64,000 bases of DNA from Frankiaceae bacterium (GCA_016650445.1 JAENVS010000017.1:8076-72075), one strand, 5' to 3'; positions 38,658-48,181 are shown, numbered from the stretch's first letter. Program-made: numbers and translations. Notes: generated from the sequence alone by a model not told the origin.

Positions 38658-39299
38658 TCAGGCGCGGGGTGCGTTGCGACGGGCCCGGAGCAGCTCGAGC
38701 CCGATCGGGACGAAGGAGATCAGGATGACGAGCAGCGCGAAGACCTCGAGGTTCTTCCCGATGACGTCGACGGTCCCCAGGTAGTAGCCGAGCACGGTCA
38801 CCCCGGTGCCCCACAGGACACCGCCGACGACGTTCCAGAGCAGGAAGGTGCGCGCCGGCAGGTTTCCAGCGCCCATCAGCGGGTTGAGGAAGGTGCGGAC
38901 GATCGGGATGAAGCGTGCGAGCACGATCGCCTTGCCGACGCCGTACCGCTCCACGATCTCCTCGGTATTGGTGACGTAGGAGCGCTTGAACAGCCGGGAC
39001 TCCTTGCGCTGGAACAGCGCGGGCCCCGCGGCGCGGCCGATGTGGAAGCCGACTTGCGCGCCGGCGATCGCGACGATGGTCACCAGCACGCAGACGAGCA
39101 CGATGTTCGGGTGCAGCTGGTCGGTCAGCTCACCCGTGGCGGCGAAGCCGGCCGCGAACAGCAGCGAGTCGCCCGGGAGGAAGAAGCCGAGCAGCAGGCC
39201 GGTCTCCGCGAACACGATGACGAGCAGCCCGATCAGGCCGAACGTCTCGACCAGGTGCTGGCCGTCGAGCAGACCGGGAAGGGCGAGGGCGGGCTCCAC
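38658..39299 (-). CDS. DedA/VTT-domain family membrane protein
   Basis: 213 aa. Contains FAETGLLLGFFLPGDSLLFAAGF and ARFIPIVRTF, which are typical DedA blocks. Confidence 0.85.
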   Translation of the reverse strand: MEPALALPGLLDGQHLVETFGLIGLLVIVFAETGLLLGFFLPGDSLLFAAGFAATGELTDQLHPNIVLVCVLVTIVAIAGAQVGFHIGRAAGPALFQRKESRLFKRSYVTNTEEIVERYGVGKAIVLARFIPIVRTFLNPLMGAGNLPARTFLLWNVVGGVLWGTGVTVLGYYLGTVDVIGKNLEVFALLVILISFVPIGLELLRARRNAPRA

Positions 39300-39331
39300 C
39301 CCCGCAGGCTAGTGGGCGTTACGGTCGCCCT

Positions 39332-40711
39332 GTGGTGGAGCGCCTGATCGTCGTCGGCGGTGACGCCGCGGGGATGAGCGCGGCCTCGCAGGCCCGCAAG
39401 CGGCGCGGGCCGGAGGACCTGTCGATCGTCGCGTTCGAGCGCGGCCGGGCGACGTCGTACTCCGCCTGCGGGATCCCGTACTGGATCGCCGGGACGGTGG
39501 GCTCGGAGGCCGAGCTGATCAGCCGGTCGCCCGAGCAGCACCGCGCGAACGGCATCGACGTGCGCACACGGCACGAGGTCGTGGGGATCGATCTTGCGGC
39601 GCGAACGGTCTCGGTGCGCGACCTCGACGCCGGTAGCGACCTCACGGAGCCCTTCGACTCGCTCGTCTACGCGGCTGGCTCGGTTCCGGCGCGTCCACCG
39701 GTGCCGGGCATCGACGCGAGCGGCGTCTACGGCGTCCAGGTTCTCGATGACGGTGTCGCCCTGATCCGCGAGCTCGACAGCGGGGACGTCCGCCGGGTGG
39801 TGGTCGTCGGCGGTGGCTACATCGGCCTGGAGATCGCGGAGGCCTGCCGGACCCGGTCGCTGGACGTCACGGTCGTCGATCAGTCCGCGACCCCGGTCGG
39901 GACGTTCGACCCCGACATCGGCGGCTTCATCGCCGACGCCCTGCGCGGCCTCGGCATCGAGCTGGTGCTGGGTGACGGCGTCGCGGCCATCGAGACCGAC
40001 GCGTCCGGACGGGCCGTCGCGGTGACGACCGCGAGCGGTCGCGAGCTGCCGTGTGACCTGGTGGTGCTCGGCCTCGGCGTACGGCCCAACGTCGCCCTGG
40101 CGAAGGAGGCCGGGATCCCGGTCGGGGCCTCGGGCGGCCTCGTCGTCGACCGCCGGATGCGCACGCCGGTCGAGGGCGTCTGGTCGGCGGGTGACTGCGT
40201 CGAGAGCGTGCACCGGCTGTCCGGCCAGCGCGTCGTCGTGGCGCTCGGCACCCACGCGAACAAGCAGGGCCGGGTCGCCGGCATCAACATCGGCGGGGGC
40301 TACGCGACGTTCCCCGGCGTGATCGGTACGGCGGTGACGAAGGTGTGCGACCTCGAGGTCGCGCGCACGGGGTTGTCGATGAAGGAGGCCGACGCGGCGG
40401 GCTTTCGCTACGTCACCGCCTCTGTCGACTCGACGACCCGGGCGGGCTACTTCCCTGGAGCCAAGCCGATCCGGGTGAAGCTGCTCGCCGAGCAGCGCAG
40501 CGGCCGGCTGCTCGGCGCGCAGGTCGTCGGTCGCGAAGGCGCCGCCAAGCGCATCGACGTCTTCGCGACCGCCATCTGGAACGAGATGAGCGTCGACGAG
40601 ATCCTCTCGCTCGACCTGTCCTACGCCCCGCCGTTCGCCCCGGTCTGGGACCCGGTGCTCATCGCGGCCCGCAAGGCCTTCGAAGCCGTCGAAGCCGACG
40701 TCCGCGGCTAG
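39332..40711 (+). CDS. FAD-dependent pyridine nucleotide-disulfide oxidoreductase (CoA-disulfide reductase/NADH oxidase-like)
   Basis: 459 aa. Dinucleotide folds are VVGGDAAGMSAA and VVVGGGYIGLE. There is a single redox Cys in SYSACGIPY. Confidence 0.8.
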   Translation: MVERLIVVGGDAAGMSAASQARKRRGPEDLSIVAFERGRATSYSACGIPYWIAGTVGSEAELISRSPEQHRANGIDVRTRHEVVGIDLAARTVSVRDLDAGSDLTEPFDSLVYAAGSVPARPPVPGIDASGVYGVQVLDDGVALIRELDSGDVRRVVVVGGGYIGLEIAEACRTRSLDVTVVDQSATPVGTFDPDIGGFIADALRGLGIELVLGDGVAAIETDASGRAVAVTTASGRELPCDLVVLGLGVRPNVALAKEAGIPVGASGGLVVDRRMRTPVEGVWSAGDCVESVHRLSGQRVVVALGTHANKQGRVAGINIGGGYATFPGVIGTAVTKVCDLEVARTGLSMKEADAAGFRYVTASVDSTTRAGYFPGAKPIRVKLLAEQRSGRLLGAQVVGREGAAKRIDVFATAIWNEMSVDEILSLDLSYAPPFAPVWDPVLIAARKAFEAVEADVRG

Positions 40712-42927
40712 AGGAAGTAGCCGGCGAGGTCGCCGATGAGGTGCAGCGAGCCGCCCTCGTTGCGGACGCGCACGCGGCCGTCGTCGCCGGGCTTGACGAT
40801 GGCGAGGTTGGCGCGCGTCACGCCGCGGGTCAGGTTCAGGTTGCTCACCGTCGGCGGCGCGCCGGTCGTCGTCGGCTTGGGGTAGGCGCGGACGTCGGTG
40901 CCCGACGTGACCGCCGTCGCGGTGATGTTCAGGACCGCGGCCAGCGCGTCCGGGGGCACGCCGCGCGTGCCGGCGATCTTCAGGTCGGCGTACTTGCCCG
41001 CATCGACCGTGGTCGCCGCTGAGCCGATGCCGACGCGGGTGTCGAGGAAGCGGAGCGGTACGACGGGGACGTAGCGTCCGGCACTGCTTGCGGAGTAGTA
41101 GCCGGCGATGTCCGCGAGCAGGTTGACCTGGCCGGCCGCGTTGGCGAGGCGCACCTTGCCGCCGGCCCCGACGGCCACCGTCACGAGGTTGGGGGTCGTC
41201 TCCCCGGCGCGCAGGTTGAGGTTGCTCACCAGCGGGCGCGCCGTGGAGCCGTCCGCGGGGGTCGGGTAGATGCGCACGTCGGTGTTGCTGCTCGCTCCGG
41301 TCGCGGTCACGTTGAGCACGACGGCTGTCGCGTCGGCCGGGACGTTGACCACGTCCCCGTCGGAGGTGGGGAGGGCGCCCGTCACCTGCAGGTCGATCGG
41401 CGCCGCTGCCTGCACCCGACCCGGACCGGGCACGCCCACCGACGGGCTCCGGGTGTCGAGGATGCGTCGTGGATCGAGCGAGGTGAAGCCGGAGTCGGCC
41501 GTCGTCGGCGTGTACCAGCCGGCGAGGTCGGCGATGAGGTCGACGGTGCCGCCGCTGCTGAGCAGCGACACGCGCCCGTCCGCGCTCAGGGTGGCTGTCA
41601 CCAGGTTGGGCACGGTCTGACCGCGCACCGCGTTGATGTTGCTCGCCCCCGGCAGCGTCGCCGCGTCGCTCGGGTAGACCCGGACGTCGGTCGGCGAGGT
41701 GACGTTGGTGACGGTGACGTTGAGGATGACGGCGGTGGCATCCGCCGGGACCGGTCCGGCGTCGGTGGAGAGCCCGCGGACGGTCACGACGAGCGGGGTC
41801 TTCGCCGGCACCTTCGCCATCGGCGCGCCGACGCCCTCACGGGTGTCGAGGATGCGCTTGGGCGGCACCGGCTTGAACCGCGACGGCGTCCCGCTGACGA
41901 CCGAGCTCGGCGCCGGGCCCTGCACGAACGGCTGGGCCTCGTCGAGGGCGCCGCCGCGGAACTTGCCGGCCCGCGTGCCGCTGGTGTCGACCGCCCAGAG
42001 GTCGCCCGGCAGCTCGTTGCCGGAGCCGTCGTACGCGTAGAAGTCGTAGAAGATGCTCTCGCCGTCGGGCGCCCACGCGGGGTACTCGGCGACCGTGCGC
42101 TGACCGCCCGACGGACCGGTCACCGTGAGCACCGTGCCGGCGCCGCCCGCGGCCGGGACCGTGGCGATCAGCGCGATGTCCGCGTTGCCGCCGGCGGGGT
42201 CGCGCTGGGTGACGACGTCGTACGCGATCGTTGTGCCGTCCGGCGACCACGCCGGGAGCGCACCCTCCGGGCCGAGTGGTGTGCGGCCCGTCCCGTCGAG
42301 GTTCATGACGACGAGTGGACCGACGTCCTTGCCGTCGGTGTCGGCGAACACGATCTTCGTCCCGCTGGGGTCGTAGTCGGCGGTGAAGCCGGTCTGCCCG
42401 CCGGGGACGTCGGTGATCGCGCCACCGGCCGCCGGGACGGTGTGCAGCGACGTCGCGATCGTGGACGGGTCGGCGTCGGTCGCTCCCTGCGTCACCGTCA
42501 CGCGCGTGAACAGGATCGTCGAGCCGTCCGGCGACCACACCGGGTTCTGGTGGCTCACATCCGTCGTCTGCGTCGACTGCGGCGTCGTGAGGGTCTGCGC
42601 GTTGGTCCCGTCGCGGTTCACGACGACGAGCGAGCCGGTGAGGATGTTGAAGGAGTTCAGGGCGTACCTGACGGCGACGACCCGGTCGCCCTGCCGGGAG
42701 AGCTCGGCGTCGTCGAACAGGACGTTGTTGGCCGGGTCGGACTGCAGCACGTTGCGCGTGGCACCCGACTCGAGGTCGAGCAGCACGATGTCGGTGGTGC
42801 CGTTGGTCGTCTCAGCCGTGTAGACCATCTCGTTGGCGGTCGCGCTGGCATGGGCCGGCAGCGCGGGCAGCCCCGCGAGGACGACGACGGTGCTGGCGAG
42901 CGTGACGAGGCGGCGCGCGGTATGCAT
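40708..42927 (-). CDS. secreted TolB-like (PD40/WD40-like beta-propeller) protein with three C-terminal tandem repeats of about 125 aa
   Basis: 739 aa. Signal is LASTVVVLAGLPALPAHASA. PD40-type motifs: NPVWSPDGSTILF, PAWSPDGTTIAYD, PAWAPDGESIFYD. Three repeats (aa about 350-480, 481-618, 619-739) each carry R(I/F)LDTR, ADATAV(I/V)LN, SN(I/L)N and D(L/I)AG(W/Y)(Y/F). Confidence 0.75.
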   Translation of the reverse strand: MHTARRLVTLASTVVVLAGLPALPAHASATANEMVYTAETTNGTTDIVLLDLESGATRNVLQSDPANNVLFDDAELSRQGDRVVAVRYALNSFNILTGSLVVVNRDGTNAQTLTTPQSTQTTDVSHQNPVWSPDGSTILFTRVTVTQGATDADPSTIATSLHTVPAAGGAITDVPGGQTGFTADYDPSGTKIVFADTDGKDVGPLVVMNLDGTGRTPLGPEGALPAWSPDGTTIAYDVVTQRDPAGGNADIALIATVPAAGGAGTVLTVTGPSGGQRTVAEYPAWAPDGESIFYDFYAYDGSGNELPGDLWAVDTSGTRAGKFRGGALDEAQPFVQGPAPSSVVSGTPSRFKPVPPKRILDTREGVGAPMAKVPAKTPLVVTVRGLSTDAGPVPADATAVILNVTVTNVTSPTDVRVYPSDAATLPGASNINAVRGQTVPNLVTATLSADGRVSLLSSGGTVDLIADLAGWYTPTTADSGFTSLDPRRILDTRSPSVGVPGPGRVQAAAPIDLQVTGALPTSDGDVVNVPADATAVVLNVTATGASSNTDVRIYPTPADGSTARPLVSNLNLRAGETTPNLVTVAVGAGGKVRLANAAGQVNLLADIAGYYSASSAGRYVPVVPLRFLDTRVGIGSAATTVDAGKYADLKIAGTRGVPPDALAAVLNITATAVTSGTDVRAYPKPTTTGAPPTVSNLNLTRGVTRANLAIVKPGDDGRVRVRNEGGSLHLIGDLAGYFL

Positions 42928-43043
42928 CCCTGCATTCTGTCCCGTCCGGGCGCAGACGTCGGGACTTCGCGCCGGAAACCCCGGTCCGGCATACTCGCGA
43001 GCGTCCCCGCCGCGACGTACCGCCCCCGCCAGGAGGCCCCGAC

Positions 43044-44066
43044 ATGCCCATCGCCACCCCCGAGACCTACGCGCAGATGCTGGACCGCGCGAAGGAGGGT
43101 CGGTTCGCCTACCCGGCGATCAACGTCACGTCGTCGCAGACCCTCAACGCGGCACTGCGCGGCTTCGCGGAGGCCGAGAGCGACGGCATCGTGCAGGTCT
43201 CCACGGGCGGCGCGGAGTTCCTCAGCGGTACGACGATCAAGGACATGGTGCTGGGCGCGACGGCGCTGGCGGAGTACGCCCACCACGTCGCCAAGGCCTA
43301 CCCAGTGACGATCGCGCTGCACACCGACCACTGCCCGAAGGACAAGCTCGACGGCTACATGCGCCCTCTGATCGCAATCAGCCAGGAGCGCGTCGACGCC
43401 GGCCGCGAGCCGCTCTTCCAGTCGCACATGTGGGACGGCTCCGCGGTGGAGCTCGAGGAGAACCTGCAGATCGCCCAGGAGCTGCTCGCTGCCTGCGCGA
43501 AGGCGCGGATCGTCATGGAGATGGAGATCGGCGTCGTCGGCGGCGAGGAGGACGGCGTCGAGAACGCGATCAACGAGAAGCTCTACACGACGCCGGAGGA
43601 CGCGCTGCGGACCGCGGAGATCCTCGGCACCGGCGAGAACGGTCGCTACCTGCTCGCGGCGACCTTCGGCAACGTGCACGGCGTCTACAAGCCCGGCAAC
43701 GTCAAGCTCAAGCCGGCGATCCTCAAGGAGATCCAGGACGAGGTCGGCCGCAAGGTCGGCCAGGAGCGGCCGTTCGACCTCGTCTTCCACGGCGGATCCG
43801 GTTCGCTGCTGGCGGAGATCCGCGAGACGCTCGACTACGGCGTGGTGAAGATGAACGTCGACACCGACACGCAGTACGCCTTCACCCGGCCGGTCGCCGA
43901 CCACATGTTCAAGAACTACGACGGCGTGCTGAAGGTCGACGGCGAGGTCGGGAGCAAGAAGGTCTACGACCCGCGGGCCTGGGGGAAGGCGGCCGAGGCG
44001 TCCATGGCCGCCCGGGTCGTGGAGGCATGTCAGGACTTGCGTAGCGCGGGCACCACAAAGCCGTAG
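43044..44066 (+). CDS. fbaA: class II fructose-bisphosphate aldolase
   Basis: 340 aa. Contains YPAINVTSS, HTDHC, GVVGGEEDG and FHGGSGS. Confidence 0.95.
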   Translation: MPIATPETYAQMLDRAKEGRFAYPAINVTSSQTLNAALRGFAEAESDGIVQVSTGGAEFLSGTTIKDMVLGATALAEYAHHVAKAYPVTIALHTDHCPKDKLDGYMRPLIAISQERVDAGREPLFQSHMWDGSAVELEENLQIAQELLAACAKARIVMEMEIGVVGGEEDGVENAINEKLYTTPEDALRTAEILGTGENGRYLLAATFGNVHGVYKPGNVKLKPAILKEIQDEVGRKVGQERPFDLVFHGGSGSLLAEIRETLDYGVVKMNVDTDTQYAFTRPVADHMFKNYDGVLKVDGEVGSKKVYDPRAWGKAAEASMAARVVEACQDLRSAGTTKP

Positions 44067-44076
44067 CAGGACTAGC

Positions 44077-44104
44077 CGGAGCGAGATCGCTCCGTTACAT
44101 TCTG
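44077..44104 (+). terminator. stem-loop after fba (CGGAGCG-AGAT-CGCTCCG followed by TTACATTCTG)
   Basis: A 7-bp perfect stem at 44077-44083 / 44088-44094 lies 11 nt after the fba stop. The tail is only moderately T-rich. Confidence 0.5.
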
Positions 44105-44310
44105 TGAGCCCCGTACGACGGGGCGCTCGCCCCTGCCCGCCGAGTCCTGCCTCCGGGGTCGAGCCGCCGAACCAGCTGCTCGAGGCAGGAGCGGGGGACC
44201 CACAGGTCCGTCGGACGTGCACACGTCCTTGGGGTGAAGGCATCGGCTGCGCATCACGGCCGGTGCCCGGGCTGCTCCGGCCCGAACCCGACAGCTCACC
44301 CCGCAGGCGC
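44105..44310 (+). promoter_or_regulatory. ydaO/yuaA-type (cyclic-di-AMP) riboswitch-like leader of the rpf gene
   Basis: Contains GCGGGGGACCCA (44190-44201), TTGGGGTGAAGG (44229-44240) and CCCGAACCCGACAGCTCACCCCGCAGGCG (44281-44309). These match the remembered conserved cores of the ydaO motif (ACGGGGA..CC, GGGGUGAA, CCGAACCCGACAGCUAACCUCGUAGGCG). The element abuts the RBS GAGGAAGGA. The boundaries are approximate. Confidence 0.65.
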
Positions 44311-44327
44311 GAGGAAGGACTCTCCCC

Positions 44328-45095
44328 GTGTCGTCGTTCGTCCGCCCGCGCAAGCACGCCCGTCACGCCAAGCCCTCGAAGGCCGCCCCCGTCATGGCCG
44401 CGGCCGGCCTGAGCGCCTCGTTCGTCGCCGCCGACGTCGCCGCCTTCGCGTCGAACGCCTCGGCTGCCACCGCCGACGACTTCCGCCGACTGCGCCAGTG
44501 CGAGAGCGGCGGCAACTACGCGATCAACACCGGGAACGGCTTCTACGGCGCCTACCAGTTCGACCGGGGCACCTGGAACGGCCTCGGGTACGCCGGCCGC
44601 GCCGACCAGGCCGCACCTGCGACGCAGGACGCGGCCGCCGCCAAGCTGCAGTCGCAGCGCGGCTGGTCCCCGTGGCCGGCCTGCTCCCGCGCTCTTGGCC
44701 TGGGGCGGTCCTCCGCCGGTGCCGGCGTGGTCGCCAACACCGCTGTCGCGCCGACGCGGGTCGAGGCCATCCGCGCGAGCCGCAGCCGCACCGCGAAGGC
44801 GATCCGGCCCGCCGCGCCGAGGGTGCGGGTGGCCGTTGCGCCGATGACGCCGCCGCCGTTCCTGCACCGTCAGCTCAGCGTCGCCGACCAGGACCAGTTC
44901 CGCATCGGCGTGCACATGTGGCAGGACCGGATGGCCAAGCGGGGCTGGCCGATCACCGTCGACGGCTACTTCGGCCCGCAGAGCGCCGCCATCGCCAAGA
45001 AGTTCGCCGCGGAGAAGAACATCAGGGTCTCGACGCTGCCCGGTGAGGTCGACAGGGGCGTCTGGGACGCCGCCTGGACCCTGCCCGTCAGCTGA
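44328..45095 (+). CDS. resuscitation-promoting-factor-like transglycosylase with a C-terminal peptidoglycan-binding domain
   Basis: 255 aa with a GTG start. The Rpf/transglycosylase-like core is LRQCESGGNYAINTGNGFYGAYQFDRGTWN...WSPWPAC. The PG_binding_1-like segment is GWPITVDGYFGPQSAAIAKKF. Confidence 0.85.
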   Translation: MSSFVRPRKHARHAKPSKAAPVMAAAGLSASFVAADVAAFASNASAATADDFRRLRQCESGGNYAINTGNGFYGAYQFDRGTWNGLGYAGRADQAAPATQDAAAAKLQSQRGWSPWPACSRALGLGRSSAGAGVVANTAVAPTRVEAIRASRSRTAKAIRPAAPRVRVAVAPMTPPPFLHRQLSVADQDQFRIGVHMWQDRMAKRGWPITVDGYFGPQSAAIAKKFAAEKNIRVSTLPGEVDRGVWDAAWTLPVS

Positions 45096-45132
45096 GCCGC
45101 TCCGGCTGCCGGTCCGGAGCACAATGATCGGC

Positions 45133-45807
45133 ATGCAGTCGGTGCTCTCGCTCGACGACGTGCACGTCGTCCGCGACGGCGTCAGCGTGCTCGGCGGGGT
45201 CACCGCGCAGATCGCGCCCGGCCGCTGCACCGCGCTGGCCGGCCCCAGCGGCGCCGGCAAGTCGACGCTGCTGCGGCTCCTCGACCGGCTCGAGGAACCG
45301 ACCGCCGGGACCGTCCTGCTCCATGGGCGGCCGCTCCCGTCGTACGACGTCCTGGAGGTACGCCGACGGGTGGGGCTCGTGCAGCAGGCGCCGGTCCTGC
45401 TCGGCGCGACCGTCGTCGAGGACCTGCGCACCGGTCGCCCGACCCTCTCCGAGGACGAGGCCGTCGAGCTGCTGGGCCGCGTCGGGCTGGCCGACCAGGC
45501 GCTGAGCCGGCTCACCGCGTCGCTGTCGGGCGGTGAGGCGCAGCGGCTGTGCCTCGCGCGCGCACTCGCCGTCGGGCCGGAGGTGCTGCTGCTGGACGAG
45601 CCGACCTCGGCGCTCGACGCGGTCGCGGCGATGTCGGTCGAGCGGGTCGTGCGCGCGCTCGTCGCCGATGGTCTGACCGCCGTCCTCGTCAGCCACGACT
45701 TGCGGCAGGCGCGACGGCTCGCGGACGACGTCCTCGTCCTGCGTGCCGGCGGCCTCGAGGAGGCCGGCCCCGCTGCCGAAAGCCGTTACCTGGCAGGCGC
45801 TTCATGA
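45133..45807 (+). CDS. ABC transporter ATP-binding protein (FetA/YbbL-like)
   Basis: Walker A GPSGAGKST, signature LSGGEAQRLCLARAL, Walker B LLLDEPTSALD. The start is ATG 45133 or 45124; the listed ORF opens inside the rpf gene. Confidence 0.85.
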   Translation: MQSVLSLDDVHVVRDGVSVLGGVTAQIAPGRCTALAGPSGAGKSTLLRLLDRLEEPTAGTVLLHGRPLPSYDVLEVRRRVGLVQQAPVLLGATVVEDLRTGRPTLSEDEAVELLGRVGLADQALSRLTASLSGGEAQRLCLARALAVGPEVLLLDEPTSALDAVAAMSVERVVRALVADGLTAVLVSHDLRQARRLADDVLVLRAGGLEEAGPAAESRYLAGAS

Positions 45808-45817
45808 GCGCAGTGAC

Positions 45818-46579
45818 ATGAGCCCCTCGGTCCCGAGCTGGTACGGCGTCGCAGCCTCCGTGCTGCTCGTCGGCATCGCGTTCTTCCTGGTGCTCCGGGA
45901 GCGCCTCGGCCTCGGCCGCGAGGTGCTCGTCGCGTCGGCTCGCGCGGCGGTGCAGCTCGTCGCCGTCGGCGGGCTGCTGCTGATCCTGTTCCGGCACACC
46001 GGGCTGCCGGGCGCCCTTGCGTGGGTGACGGCGATGGTGCTGCTCGCGGGACGCGTCGCCGGGGGGCGGGCACGCGGCCTGCCGCACGTGATGCGCGTCG
46101 CGACCCTCGCCGTCGCGACCGGCACGGCCGCCACCCTCGGTCTGCTGCTCGCCGCGCAGGTCATCGACACCTCGGGCCGGGTCGTCGTGCCGGTCGGCGG
46201 CATGGTCGTCACCGGCGCCATGCAGGGCGCGTCGATGACCCTGCAGCGCATGCGCGACGAGGCGATCACCGGGCGGCGAGCCGTTGAGGCGCGACTTGCG
46301 CTCGGCCTCGCGGGCAGCGTGGCCTTCGCGCCGCACCTGCGCACGTCGTTGCGCGCGGCGCTCATCCCGGCGATCGACGGCACGAAGGTCGTCGGCCTCA
46401 TCAGCCTGCCGGGCGCGACGGTCGGGCTGCTGCTCGCCGGCGTCAACCCGCTGACGGCGATCCGCTACCAGGTCGTCGTGATGTACATGCTGCTCGGAGC
46501 CGCGGCTGTTGCCGGTGTCGTCGCCGGCCGGCTCGCCCTGCGGACCATGTTCGACGACGCGCACCGGCTGGTGGCCTGA
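45818..46579 (+). CDS. ABC transporter permease of the UPF0014 (FetB/YbbM-like) family
   Basis: 253 aa from ATG 45818. It is polytopic. The pairing with a YbbL-like ATPase, and segments such as VPVGGMVVTGAM, are typical of this family (from memory). Confidence 0.7.
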   Translation: MSPSVPSWYGVAASVLLVGIAFFLVLRERLGLGREVLVASARAAVQLVAVGGLLLILFRHTGLPGALAWVTAMVLLAGRVAGGRARGLPHVMRVATLAVATGTAATLGLLLAAQVIDTSGRVVVPVGGMVVTGAMQGASMTLQRMRDEAITGRRAVEARLALGLAGSVAFAPHLRTSLRAALIPAIDGTKVVGLISLPGATVGLLLAGVNPLTAIRYQVVVMYMLLGAAAVAGVVAGRLALRTMFDDAHRLVA

Positions 46580-47229
46580 TGCTCATCCACCCATGGGACG
46601 CCGCCCAGAGCGACGACGAGTGGAAGCGCTGGCTCGCGCCGCGCGACTTCGGGACGCTCATCGCGTCCGGCCGCGACCGCTCCGTTCCTGTCGTCGTACC
46701 CACGCACTTCGTGTACGACGGCGACGCCACCGTGCTGCTGCACCTCGCTCGTCCCAACCCCGTCTGGCGGGCCGTCGAGGAGAACCCCCACGTCGTGCTG
46801 TCCGTCATCGACGATGTCGCCTTCATCCCGTCGGAGTGGAAGGAGGTCGACGCGGACGAGCCAGGGCACGGCATCCCGACGTCGTACTACGCAGCGGTCG
46901 CGCTGACCTGCACGACCGAGGTGCTGACCGGCGAGGCGCTGCTCGACGTGCTCCGCGTGCAGCTGGCGCACTTCGAGCCGGGCTCGTCGGTCGCGGACCC
47001 GTCGGTGCACACGCGCAAGCTGCCCGGGATCCGCGGGCTGCGGCTGACCGTCGACGCTGTCGCCGCGAAGTTCAAGTACGGCGGCAACGCCGACGACGTG
47101 CACCGCGCGAAGGTGGCCGATCGGCTGGCAGAGCGCGCCGCCCGCGGAGACGAGGCCGCTCGCGACCACCTCCTGCGCCGCACCCCGCTGCCCTCCAGCC
47201 CCCACCCCTCACCGCGATCTACGTCTTAA
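46579..47229 (+). CDS. FMN-binding negative transcriptional regulator (PaiB-like)
   Basis: 216 aa. Contains VPTHFVYDGD..LLHLARPNP.W and a C-terminal KFKYGGN block. The ATG overlaps the previous stop by 1 nt. Confidence 0.7.
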   Translation: MLIHPWDAAQSDDEWKRWLAPRDFGTLIASGRDRSVPVVVPTHFVYDGDATVLLHLARPNPVWRAVEENPHVVLSVIDDVAFIPSEWKEVDADEPGHGIPTSYYAAVALTCTTEVLTGEALLDVLRVQLAHFEPGSSVADPSVHTRKLPGIRGLRLTVDAVAAKFKYGGNADDVHRAKVADRLAERAARGDEAARDHLLRRTPLPSSPHPSPRSTS

Positions 47230-47286
47230 TGCCCGCGACACGCCGCGGAAAGTCGTACGAGACGTAGATCGGCGAGGAATTGCGGC

Positions 47287-48165
47287 CTAGGAGGTCGCGC
47301 GGGTGAGGAAGTCGCCGACGACCTGCACGTACTCCCCGGGCTGCTCGACGAAGGTCATGTGACCCGACTGCTCGAAGAGGTGCAGCTCGCCCAGCGGCGC
47401 GAGCTCCGCGATCCGCTCGGACGCCGCGGGCGGACAGGTCCGGTCGTGCCGCCCCGTGCAGGCGAGCAGCGGCTGAGGCACGTGCGGCAGCGCGTCCTCG
47501 ACGTCGATCGACAACCCGCCGCCCTCGAGCGAGGCCGCTCGAAGCACCGCCGCGGCGTAGCGCATGTGAGAGATCTGCGCGACGTACTCACTGATGCGCG
47601 GGTCGCGTGGATCGGCGAAGTGCCAGGGCAGCTGGTCTAACAGCACCTCGCGGCACTCCTCGTCGGACTCGACCGTCGGCTCGCGCTCCCACGAAGCCGT
47701 CACGTGCGCCCGCAGGTCCTCGGGCTCGAAGGCGGCCAGGCCGGCCGCGACCCCGTCGAGGAACCGCATCGCCGGAACCCCGCTGCTGACCACGGTCGCG
47801 ACGGCAGCCCCCGGGGCATCGGCGCAGTGCTGCAGCGCGACGAAGGCGCCGTAGGAGTGACCCAGCACCGCGTAGTCCTCTACGCCGAGCGCGGCCGCGA
47901 TGGCGCTGACGTCGCTGGCGTGCTGCTGCAGGTTCCACGATGCGGGGTCGCTGTCGCGGTCACTGCGTCCCTGCCCACGACCGTCGATCAGGACGAGCCG
48001 GTAGCGCTCTCCGAGCGGGTCGAGGTAGTCGCCGAACATCGTGTGGTCGAGCCCGGGTCCGCCGTGCAGGACGAGCACCGGCAGGCCGTCGGGGTTGCCG
48101 CGCTCGACGACGAACAGGTGCGTGTCATGGGCCGGGACGAGTCGACCGGAGGGCTCAGCGGGCAT
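47287..48165 (-). CDS. alpha/beta hydrolase (proline iminopeptidase-like)
   Basis: ATG 48165 was chosen; the listed ORF opens at 48360. Contains VLVLHGGPGLDH and the nucleophile elbow LGHSYGA. Confidence 0.8.
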   Translation of the reverse strand: MPAEPSGRLVPAHDTHLFVVERGNPDGLPVLVLHGGPGLDHTMFGDYLDPLGERYRLVLIDGRGQGRSDRDSDPASWNLQQHASDVSAIAAALGVEDYAVLGHSYGAFVALQHCADAPGAAVATVVSSGVPAMRFLDGVAAGLAAFEPEDLRAHVTASWEREPTVESDEECREVLLDQLPWHFADPRDPRISEYVAQISHMRYAAAVLRAASLEGGGLSIDVEDALPHVPQPLLACTGRHDRTCPPAASERIAELAPLGELHLFEQSGHMTFVEQPGEYVQVVGDFLTRATS

Positions 48166-48181
48166 AGGGCATTCTGCGCAC

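Noticed and set aside
42657-45515. 952-aa minus-strand ORF spanning the TolB-like gene start, fba, the riboswitch region, rpf and the ABC ATPase
   Set aside because: It crosses several well-supported genes and intergenic regions. Its composition is Arg/Pro/Gly-rich and it has no domain signal.
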